Assembly: GCA_030950555.1 (NCBI GenBank)
Contig: JAUZRH010000017.1
Location: 1 to 10,004, forward strand
From: Mariprofundus sp.
GTDB lineage: Bacteria; Pseudomonadota; Zetaproteobacteria; Mariprofundales; Mariprofundaceae
Direction: 5' to 3'
DNA length: 10,004 nt
Shown: one piece after another, positions 1-7,400 of the stretch
Position numbering within the stretch: the first letter of the stretch is position 1
How the letters are laid out: the number at the start of each line of letters is the position of its first letter
Translations under genes and position numbers: made by a program
Notes under the pieces: generated by a model
Database searches by the model: none
The model's input: only the letters and a program-made list of their open reading frames with translations
Told to the model about the DNA's origin: nothing

Positions 1-1
1 G

Positions 2-487
2 TTCACTGTATGGATGAACAGGGTGTTGCTACCGGCGCACTTGCCTGATCAGGAAGTGCCAGAAGTGCGAGATTTAATGGAGGTTGAAGCCATGCTAGCA
101 GAGCGTGTAAAAGAGTGGACCGTTGAATGGAAAGAGTCTGGCCTTCAGGAGGGCCTTCAAGAGGGCCTTCAAAAGGGCCTTCAAAAGGGCCTTCAAAAGG
201 GCCTTCAAGAGGGCCTTAAGGAAGGCATGCAGAAAGGCGTACAGAAAGGTAGGCAAGAAGGTCTACAGGAAGGCATACAGAAAGGTAGGCAGAAAGGTAG
301 GCAAGAAGGTCTACAGGAAGGTAGGAAAAAAGGTGAAACATTTTTACTTCTTAGGCAGTTGCAGTTGAAGTTCGGAAGATTAGATCAGGGTGTGATAGAT
401 AGAGTTGAATCGGCGGATGCTGATCTTTTACTAAAGTGGTCGGAAAGGATATTGACAGGCGCGAGCATTGAAGATGTGCTAAAGTAA
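2..487 (+). CDS. 5'-truncated Rpn/YhgA-like protein (recombination-promoting PD-(D/E)XK nuclease, 'transposase_31' family), C-terminal DUF4351-like tail; gene start lies upstream of the window
   Basis: The reading frame is open from position 2; the first in-frame ATG at 14 is not the real start. The C-terminal block 'ETFLLLRQLQLKFGRLDQGVIDRVESADADLLLKWSERILTGASIEDVL' matches the DUF4351 tail typical of Rpn/YhgA-like proteins. It is preceded by the (GxQE/K)n low-complexity linker this family often carries (EGRQEG-type repeats). Stop TAA at 485–487. Confidence 0.6.
   Translation, partial: FTVWMNRVLLPAHLPDQEVPEVRDLMEVEAMLAERVKEWTVEWKESGLQEGLQEGLQKGLQKGLQKGLQEGLKEGMQKGVQKGRQEGLQEGIQKGRQKGRQEGLQEGRKKGETFLLLRQLQLKFGRLDQGVIDRVESADADLLLKWSERILTGASIEDVLK
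140..331 (+). repeat. In-frame tandem array of 16 x 12-nt units (consensus ggccttcaaRag, degenerating to ggYRKRcaRRaa) encoding (Gly-x-Gln-Glu/Lys)16
   Basis: Directly visible. Units 1–6 are near-perfect (ggccttcaggag, ggccttcaagag, ggccttcaaaag x3, ggccttcaagag); units 7–16 are diverged. A 26-nt higher-order repeat 'ggtaggcaagaaggtctacaggaagg' occurs at 248–273 and 296–321. The repeat phase matches the ORF frame, giving GLQE/GLQK/GRQE/GIQK. Confidence 0.9.
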
Positions 488-647
488 TAAGCTTAGACTT
501 ATCGTTCGCTCATTTGATTATGAGGTTTGGATATTCTAAAACAAGACTATGTGATGGAAAGTTCAAAGATATTGGGACCTCTGATATTTTTAGAGCGTCA
601 GATTGCTGAGTTTTGTATTTAACAGAGAAAACATTAGCCACTGATAC

Positions 648-816
648 CCTAGGAGCCAATTGCAAAACTCTGGGTGGATGAGCGGCAATCCCACTTTGAG
701 TCCATTTTTGAGGTGGAATGAGGTGTATGGTGGTTCCATGGAGCGAACACCAGCGCGGGTTGGGCCAAAGTGGGGCCGCCGATCGCCGCTCACGAGTTTT
801 GCAATTGGCTCCTAGG
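648..816. mobile_element. MITE-like small non-coding repeat element (~169 bp) bounded by perfect 23-bp terminal inverted repeats
   Basis: The left terminus 'cctaggagccaattgcaaaactc' (648–670) is the exact reverse complement of the right terminus 'gagttttgcaattggctcctagg' (794–816). The interior (653–793) recurs at 9866–10004 with ~3 mismatches. It has no convincing coding capacity; the overlapping ORFs 510..884(-), 590..793(-) and 718..900(+) are short, lack an RBS and look like artefacts. Confidence 0.7.
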
Positions 817-899
817 TCACCTTCTTTGCCGCAAGCGGCATTCACCTTGTTCCACAACAACCACGAATTAACGGCATCCTTCACTAGCTATAAAAAATA

Positions 900-928
900 G
901 TTGACGCTTTACGTTGCCTCAGCTGAAA
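900..928 (+). promoter_or_regulatory. Candidate sigma70-like promoter (-35 TTGACG 900–905, 17-bp spacer, -10 TGAAAT 923–928)
   Basis: Hexamer spacing is read from the sequence. No obvious downstream gene, apart from a weak 65-aa ORF at 1098, so the call is speculative. Confidence 0.2.
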
Positions 929-981
929 TATTTCTCATTATCTTCCGTAAGCCTAATGAATCACGGGCGTTTTTTGTTTAT

Positions 982-1026
982 CCCTCACCCCAACCCTCTC
1001 CCTCCGGGAGAGGGTTGGGGTGAGGG
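982..1026. repeat. Perfect GC-rich palindrome forming a 21-bp-stem hairpin with a 3-nt loop (ccctcaccccaaccctctccc-tcc-gggagagggttggggtgaggg); REP-like element or transcription terminator/insulator
   Basis: The exact reverse-complement arms are visible. A T-run (gggcgttttttgttt, 965–978) lies upstream and AT-rich sequence downstream. It sits between the rpn-like gene/MITE and the operon. Confidence 0.6.
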
Positions 1027-1498
1027 AATTAACTATTTGGCGAAGCATTTTTCATGCTTTTGTGGAAAGCCTTCATGTGGAAACTAGTAAATGAAGAATG
1101 CCGGATATTAATCTTCTGAACTACACTAAAAATGAGCGAACGATGCGCTTAGATCTTGCAAAACAGTCAATGCCAAGTAGTCGAATTCATTCCGTAAAGG
1201 GTGTTTTGCATGATCTGGCAGACACTCTGTACCAATTTCTTGCTGTACGGTTGCTATCACTCATGTTGTTGCGTTTAGGGCCGACGAAAAAATAAATCAT
1301 CCACGTGCTGGTATATAAGCGTTGCCACAGAGTTGCTACTAAAGGCAGTAGGCTATCGCGCCCATTCTTAGGCGCTTGATTTGGCGCCTTGAATCCAACA
1401 ACTATCCGGAGCATAACCTGGATACTTTATTCTTTCTGTGGCCCTAAGCAAAAGCTTGCATGCTGCCCAAAGGATGTGCATGATGTGGTTTATGCATA

Positions 1499-1533
1499 TT
1501 GATATTCGTTGATGTGTGCATTTGTTATACGCT
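1499..1533 (+). promoter_or_regulatory. Candidate promoter and operator region for the NfeD–flotillin–AAA+ operon (-35-like TTGATA 1499–1504; weak -10 candidates TTGTTA/TACGCT 1522–1533)
   Basis: An AT-rich segment 40–75 nt upstream of the 1573 start. The -10 match is poor and the assignment tentative. Neighbouring 'GATGTGCA/TGCAT' motifs repeat at 1473, 1482, 1494 and 1511. Confidence 0.25.
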
Positions 1534-1572
1534 ATCACGCCAGTGAAGATTTTCATCTCAAGGAAATAAGTC

Positions 1573-2229
1573 ATGGATGATTTTTTGGTCAATATAAGCA
1601 GTTTTCCAACGGTTATTTATACCACATCTTTGGTGGTTGTAATCGGCTATTGGCTATTGGCTATCACGGGCACGTTTGACCTTGATTCTTTCGATGTGGG
1701 CGTAGATATAGACGTGGATACTGACGTAAACAGCTTAGGCGGCATGGCGGGCTTACTCACCACCTTAGGTTTAACGGGTGTTCCGATCACCATCGTCATC
1801 AGCCTCTTATTGCTTAATGCTTGGATTAGCTGTTATTTTCTTAGCCTATTTGTCCCTACCTTTCCTCAGTTTATCTTATTCATACAGATTACCATTCATA
1901 TTGTCATAGCTATTGTCAGCTTTATCGTTTCGATACTATGCACCGCAACCATGCTTCGGCCACTAAGAGGCTTGTTCCGAAAAGTACATCAGCTACCAAA
2001 GTCGGTGTCTTTGCTAGGAGCGACCTGTCGCATCAGAAGTAGTCGCGTGGATGATCTGTTTGGTGAAGCAGAGTGTCAGTATGAAGGAGCGAGTCTCATT
2101 ATAAAAGTACGGACAACGGGCAATGACACGTTCAGTGCTGGGGATCGCGTGGTGTTGATTGAGCATGATGAAGGGAATGATTTTTTTAAGGTGATTAGTG
2201 AAGAAGCCTTTAAAAAGCATTTAATATAG
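1573..2229 (+). CDS. YqiJ/NfeD-like inner-membrane protein (DUF1449-type: N-terminal TM helices, acidic D-x-D cluster, C-terminal NfeD-like OB-fold β-barrel); usual partner of SPFH/flotillin proteins
   Basis: Strong SD: AGGAAA at 1561–1566, 7–8 nt before ATG 1573. Three long hydrophobic segments (aa ~12–32, ~58–95, ~100–125). Acidic motif 'FDLDSFDVGVDIDVDTDV'. C-terminal 'GATCRIRSSRVDDLFGEAECQYEGASLIIKVRTTGNDTFSAGDRVVLIEHDEGNDFFKV' fits an NfeD C-terminal β-barrel. Immediately followed by, and apparently translationally coupled to, a flotillin gene, as in the E. coli yqiJ–yqiK arrangement. Confidence 0.75.
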   Translation: MDDFLVNISSFPTVIYTTSLVVVIGYWLLAITGTFDLDSFDVGVDIDVDTDVNSLGGMAGLLTTLGLTGVPITIVISLLLLNAWISCYFLSLFVPTFPQFILFIQITIHIVIAIVSFIVSILCTATMLRPLRGLFRKVHQLPKSVSLLGATCRIRSSRVDDLFGEAECQYEGASLIIKVRTTGNDTFSAGDRVVLIEHDEGNDFFKVISEEAFKKHLI

Positions 2230-2240
2230 GAGTATAAGTG

Positions 2241-4328
2241 ATGGAATTATTATTACCAATTTTAACGTATGGTGGCATTATCTTGGGCTTAATTATTGCT
2301 CCTTTGATGGTCTTTAGCGCGTTTTATAAAAAAGTACCCCAAGGCTATGCACTCATCGTGAACGATATGTCATCTAAACCCAGGGTACACTTTACTGGTG
2401 GGCTGGTGTTGCCCGTTATTCATAAAATGGAAGTGATGCAGATTTCATTGATTACCCTAGAAATTGACCGTAAATCCAATGATGGATTGATTTGTAAGGA
2501 CAATCTGCGGGCCGATATTACCGTGGCATTTTACCTCAGGGTGAACGAAACCCGGGATGACGTACTTCGAGTAGCTAAGTCGATTGGTGTCGATCGAGCT
2601 TCGGATAAAGATGCGGTGGATGAATTATTTAGTGCCAAGTTCTCCGAGGCATTAAAAACGGTGGGTAAGAATATGATGTTTCTTGACCTATTTGAAAACA
2701 GACTTCTTTTTAGAGAAAAAATTATTGAGGTCATAGGCAATGATTTGAATGGTTATGTGCTAGAAGATGTCGCCATTGATTATCTGGAACAAACGCCCAA
2801 ATCCAAACTCGACCCGAATAATATTCTTGATTCAGAAGGCATCAAAAAAATCACTGAAATCACGGCTATTCAGAATATTCAGACCAATCGTCTGGAGAAG
2901 GATGAGCAGTTAGCCATTACCAAAAAGAATGTTGAAACTCGTGAAGCTATGTTGGCTTTAGAGCGGCAGCAAATTGATGCGGAATCGAAACAAAAGCGTG
3001 AAATAAAAACGGTTCAGGCGCGGGAAGAGGCGGAGACCAAAAAGGTTCAAGAAGAGGAGCGGCTTAAAGCGCAGCAGGCCGAGATTGAAACGGATGAACA
3101 ACTTGAAATCCGTAGTCAGGTTAAACTGCGGCAGGTGGAAATAGCAGAACAAAACCGTAAACGCGCTATCGTGATCGAAAAAGAAAAGGTTATTCGGGCG
3201 CAGAAGATGGAAGAAGTCAATCGCCATCGCGAAGTGGAATTAGCGGTGATCGAAAAAGATAAAGCACTCGAAGAAGAAAAGAAAATCATCGCCCAGATTA
3301 TCAGCGAACGCATTGCGGTGGATAAGAAGGTCACTGAAGAGGAAGAGCGAATCAAAGAGGTGAAAGAGGTCTCCGAAGCCGATCGCCTGAAACAGGTACT
3401 GATTTTAGGGGCCGAGGGCGCAGCTCAGGAAGAGCTGGTGCGTGCTGTTGTGCGTGCTGAGGCCGATGAAAAGAAGGCCATCCATAAAGCCCGTGAAATT
3501 AACGTCATGGCACAAGCTGAATTAGAGGCCGCATCGAAAAAAGCAGAGTCCGCCAAAAAATTAGCCGAGGGTTCACAGGCAACCGCTGCTGCTCCGGGTT
3601 TGGCTGAGGCACGGGTCATGGAAGCAAGAGCGGATGCCAAAGAGAAAGAGGGGCTTGTTGAAGCGCGCGTACAAGAAGTGAAAGCCGATGCCAAAGAGAA
3701 GGAAGGTGTTGCCGAGGCACACATTCTAGAAGCCAAAGCAGATGCCAAAGAGAAAGAGGGTGTCGCGGAGGCAAATATTCAGCAAGCCAAAGCTATCTCC
3801 GCTGAAAAAGAAGGCTTAGCACAAGCGAGGGTACTCGAAGAGAAGCTATCCGCCGAAGCGCGTGGTAATGAGGAACTGGGCAAGGCTCAAGCTGTGATCG
3901 AAAAAGAAATAGGCATCAATAAGGCCGAAGTTCTGCGTGAAAAAGGCAAGGCTGAAGCGGATGCCTTGGTTGAGAAGTTTGCCGCTATGAACAATATGAA
4001 TAAAGAGTCCCGCGCGTTCGAAGAGTTCCGCTTGAATTTGGAAGCGCATTTGCAGGAAATTATGGCATCCATTGCGGCTAATAAAGACATTTCAAGCGAT
4101 CAAGCCAGTGTCTTAGCTGCCGCGCTTCAACAAGCGAATATCGATATCGTCGGTGGTCAGGGCGACTATTTCGACAAACTCGCTAAAGGCATGGGGGCAG
4201 GCAATGCGGTCAACGGTTTCATTGAGAAAAGTCCCATTGTTCAAGCCCTGATGGAAAAGCTGCTGGGTGGTAGTAGCACGATGCCGACCAGCCTTTCTAA
4301 ATCAGATCATCATGATGTAACGGGGTAA
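2241..4328 (+). CDS. Flotillin-like SPFH/band-7 family protein (YqiK/FloT-like), 695 aa from ATG 2241; N-terminal TM anchor, SPFH domain, extended coiled-coil 'EA-repeat' flotillin region
   Basis: RBS AGGAG at 2228–2232, 8 nt before ATG 2241 (the in-frame GTG at 2238 is too close to it). N-terminal 'LLLPILTYGGIILGLIIAPLMVF' is a TM helix. The SPFH-domain block YKKVPQGYALIVN…VIHKMEVMQISLITLEI…LRADITVAFYLRV is characteristic. The C-terminal part is rich in E/A/K heptads with four tandem 18-aa repeats (xAKADAKEKEGVAEA), typical of flotillins. Stop TAA 4326–4328. Confidence 0.9.
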   Translation: MELLLPILTYGGIILGLIIAPLMVFSAFYKKVPQGYALIVNDMSSKPRVHFTGGLVLPVIHKMEVMQISLITLEIDRKSNDGLICKDNLRADITVAFYLRVNETRDDVLRVAKSIGVDRASDKDAVDELFSAKFSEALKTVGKNMMFLDLFENRLLFREKIIEVIGNDLNGYVLEDVAIDYLEQTPKSKLDPNNILDSEGIKKITEITAIQNIQTNRLEKDEQLAITKKNVETREAMLALERQQIDAESKQKREIKTVQAREEAETKKVQEEERLKAQQAEIETDEQLEIRSQVKLRQVEIAEQNRKRAIVIEKEKVIRAQKMEEVNRHREVELAVIEKDKALEEEKKIIAQIISERIAVDKKVTEEEERIKEVKEVSEADRLKQVLILGAEGAAQEELVRAVVRAEADEKKAIHKAREINVMAQAELEAASKKAESAKKLAEGSQATAAAPGLAEARVMEARADAKEKEGLVEARVQEVKADAKEKEGVAEAHILEAKADAKEKEGVAEANIQQAKAISAEKEGLAQARVLEEKLSAEARGNEELGKAQAVIEKEIGINKAEVLREKGKAEADALVEKFAAMNNMNKESRAFEEFRLNLEAHLQEIMASIAANKDISSDQASVLAAALQQANIDIVGGQGDYFDKLAKGMGAGNAVNGFIEKSPIVQALMEKLLGGSSTMPTSLSKSDHHDVTG
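3606..3821 (+). repeat. Four tandem 54-nt (18-aa) in-frame repeats inside the flotillin coiled-coil region
   Basis: Units 3606–3659, 3660–3713, 3714–3767 and 3768–3821 share 'ga(g/a)gc…gatgccaaagagaa(a/g)ga(g/a)gg…' and encode EARVMEARADAKEKEGLV / EARVQEVKADAKEKEGVA / EAHILEAKADAKEKEGVA / EANIQQAKAISAEKEGLA. Confidence 0.85.
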
Positions 4329-4348
4329 TGAGCAGGTAAAGCTATAAT
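4315..4348 (+). promoter_or_regulatory. Possible internal promoter in the flotillin–AAA+ intergenic gap (perfect -10 TATAAT at 4343–4348; poor -35)
   Basis: The hexamer 'gctataatc' is visible. No good TTGACA-like box 17 bp upstream, so this may be a chance match. Confidence 0.2.
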
Positions 4349-4414
4349 CGAGAAGCGTAGGCGGTGGATGCAACACCCTACGTTTGAAAGCGAACTTCAT
4401 GGCAGGGGCTAGAC

Positions 4415-7400
4415 GTGACCGATCAAATTGAACATACAACGATAGCCGAACAGGCCGTTGCTGAGGGTGGTGCGTATGAGCTGATACGTCAGCGTTTAGT
4501 GGCGCAACAGCAGGCATTGGAAAGCCTCATTGGCGACATCAACCACCAGCGTCAGGATGAGTTTGGTAGTACCGAGATGAAAGTGCTCGGGCGCATGCGT
4601 TTGAGAACTGAAAACAACTGTCAGGCGCAAGATTTGGTGCTAGTCGGTGAATATGTGCTGTTTGCTTACAACGTGCATATAGGACTGAGAAAAGAGACGC
4701 GCATTGAAGATGTGCTGGCTCTTTACACGCTGGTAGAACAAGTGGATTCATACGATTTACGCTCCATTGACATTAAAGACTCTTTTTTGGCTGACCCGCG
4801 CTTCCAAAGCGATTTTCAGGAACTCTATGCCTATTACAAGGATACATCGTTATCCCAGTTGGTTTTTAAACATAACAAGTTAATGGCATCCTTCCAGATT
4901 GGTGAAAAATTAACAGATGTTCGTGTCTTTCGCTGGGAAGTCTCCGATGATGGTCAACGTGTTGATTATATCGACAACCGTGGCGAACGCGATCTCCGCT
5001 TGCCAGCCAGTCACGACTTTACATGGGTGCAATGCCAGCGCGACGATGTGGTGGATGGGCGTAATCCGCACATTAATATTTTGGACACCCTGTTTGTGGA
5101 TTCATCGCGTGGTGATATTACGATCAAGGTGGAAGATAATACCCACGTTGGACTCGGGATTTATTCTGAACCCGTGCAAGAAAAAAATCAGGCACTGGAT
5201 GATGCTGAATTTTATTACGCTGACTTAAATCAGCTTATTCTATTAAAAATAAAACCCTATCAAGAAGAAAACTACCGCTACCTGTTGTTTAATCGGTATA
5301 ACCAGCAGGTACAACGTATCGATGCCATCGGTGATTCCTGTGTTCAACTGCCCGAAGGTCACGGCATTATTTTTCCTGGTGGCTATTATTTAACCACGGG
5401 TGAAATGAAAACGTTCGAGGGTCAGCTCGATCACTTGCTTTATAAATGTTCCATGCGTGCGCCTAATGGTGAGGATGTGCTGTATGTTTTTTACCATCCT
5501 GAATCGAATATTATCGTCATGTATGGCTATAATATTATTGAAAAATCATTGCAAAATCCCATCATTGGTCATGGCTATGGCTTTTATAACGATGGGCGCA
5601 TGATTATTTTTTATGCCGATGATGAACCCAAACGAGTGCATCCCTTGCAGATTTGGCAAACACCCTATTGCAACGAAATGCATGCTAACGCACAAGCTAT
5701 ATCGCATAGCTTTTATGGCAAAATTGGCAATGCCGAGCTGGTTCGAGGTATCTCCGAGCTGTATAGCATAAGTAGAAGCATGCGCTTAGCGCATGTGTCA
5801 TCAAGCCACTATCACCAGCTTAGCCAAGCTTGTAGCAAGATATTTGATACTTATTACTGGTTAGATTCACCTGAGCTACAGTCTATTGGTAAGCTACTGC
5901 GTGAGGTGGCTAGTACCGCCGAGCTGGTGATTGATGAGTATGAAAAGGTTGAAAGTATCCGTGCTCAATCGACTCAAGCATTGATCGATGCTGAGGCGAA
6001 ACAACTAGAAATCATGCGTCAAATAAGACCCGATAGTTGGCACGACCCTCAGACCTTTGTTGATGGACTATTCAGCATAAGACAACATCGCGGTCACCTG
6101 ATGAGCATCCAATCGTATCGCTATATCGATACCGATAAGATAGCCCAGCTTGAGGCGGACATCACAGACCTAGAATTGGATTTAAATCAGCAAACGGTAC
6201 GCTTTTTATCTTCTGAAGGAGCCCTTAGCAGCTATGATAAAGTACTGGATCGCGTTGCCACTGAACGCCTGAAATGCACATCTAAGGCTGAACTTACTCC
6301 GCATCTGGAAGCACTTCAGCAGTTAGCAGCATCGCTAGATTTGATTGCCGAAATGATGGCTACCCTCAAGGTGGAAGATGCGACCGTACAAACGCGCATT
6401 GTTGATGCCGTTTCCGAACTTTATGGTCGCCTGAATCAACAAAAAGCTGAATTAGAACACCAACGTAAAACGGTCGGCAGTGTCGAAGCTAAGGCGCAAT
6501 TTTCGGCGCGACTCAAGCTGCTTAACCAAAGTATTCACAACGCACTCGCCATGTCGAGCACGCCAGCTAAAAGTGATGAACAGTTTTCCAGACTGTTGGT
6601 GCAGATGGAAGAACTTGAAGGTGAGTTTGGTGACTACGAAGACTTCATTGCTGATGTGATGAAAAAACGTGAAGAGCTATTTGATACCTTTGAAGCACAT
6701 AAACAGCGTTTAATGGATGCGCAGCAACGCAAGGCACAATCACTCGCCAGTGCAGGCGAACGCATCTTGCAAAGTGTGCAACGGCGGGTGAAACGTTTTT
6801 CCAGCCAAGATGAATTAAACACCTTTTACAGTGCCGACAGTCTGGTCAGGAAGATCAACGAGATTATCGAAAAGTTAAGGGCGTTAGATGATAGTGTCCA
6901 AGCTGAAGACCTTGATGCACAATTAAAATCCATCAAGGAACAGTCCATTCGATCCTTGCGCGATAAAAGTGATCTGTATGAAGCGGGTGGTCAGGTCATC
7001 AAACTCGGCCCACGGCACAAGTTTTCGGTCAATACCCAAGCGTTGGATTTAACCATTTTAGCGAAGGATGGTGAACTGTTTATCCGCCTGACAGGCACCG
7101 ATTATTTTGAAGCCCTCCATAACGAGGCTCTTGATACCATGCGTGCCTATTGGTCGATGGAAATACCTTCGGAAAGCGATCAGCTTTACCGTGGCGAATA
7201 TCTTGCCTATAGCATCTTAAAAGCCGCAGAAAATAATCAAGATACGCTCAACTGGGAAGCGTTAAGCAGTGCTACGGCAGATCTAAACATCATGCTTAAA
7301 CTGGTCGCAGGCTTTGCTTCGCCGCGTTATAAAGAAGGCTACGAAAAAGGTATTCACGATCATGATGCCAGTTTAATTTTGCAAAAAATAGTACCCGTTT

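Noticed and set aside
140-331. Possible CRISPR array, considered because of the regularly spaced short repeats
   Set aside because: The units are directly abutting 12-nt tandem repeats with no spacers, and they are in-frame inside a CDS. This is a VNTR, not CRISPR.
123-368. 81-aa + strand ORF encoding RAFKRAFK repeats
   Set aside because: An alternative reading frame of the 12-nt tandem repeat inside the rpn-like CDS. The periodicity makes any frame open, and it is the wrong frame relative to the conserved DUF4351 tail.
510-900. ORFs 510..884(-), 590..793(-) and 718..900(+) overlapping the MITE-like element
   Set aside because: Short, mutually overlapping, without an RBS, and spanning an inverted-repeat-bounded non-coding repeat. 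They are most likely chance ORFs in a GC-rich repeat.
1187-1592. Minus-strand ORFs 1187..1414 and 1368..1592 in the operon's upstream region
   Set aside because: They would run through the promoter and RBS of the YqiJ-like gene, have no SD and show no sequence features of known proteins. Treated as non-coding leader or promoter DNA.
2238-2240. GTG at 2238 as the flotillin start (as in the ORF track)
   Set aside because: ATG at 2241 has better spacing (8 nt) from the AGGAG at 2228–2232; GTG at 2238 is only 5 nt away. The difference is one residue and does not affect the call.
2531-4090. Minus-strand ORFs inside the flotillin gene (2531..2740, 2958..3227, 3116..3355, 3425..3748, 3846..4049, 3887..4090)
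   Set aside because: Antisense to a strongly supported CDS. Their low-complexity S/A/L-rich translations are the reverse complement of E/A/K-rich coiled-coil codons.
4356-4381. Hairpin cgtagg…cctacg between the flotillin and giant genes as a terminator
   Set aside because: A 6-bp stem with a 14-nt loop and no following U-tract. Too weak to call a terminator, which is consistent with read-through into gene 3.
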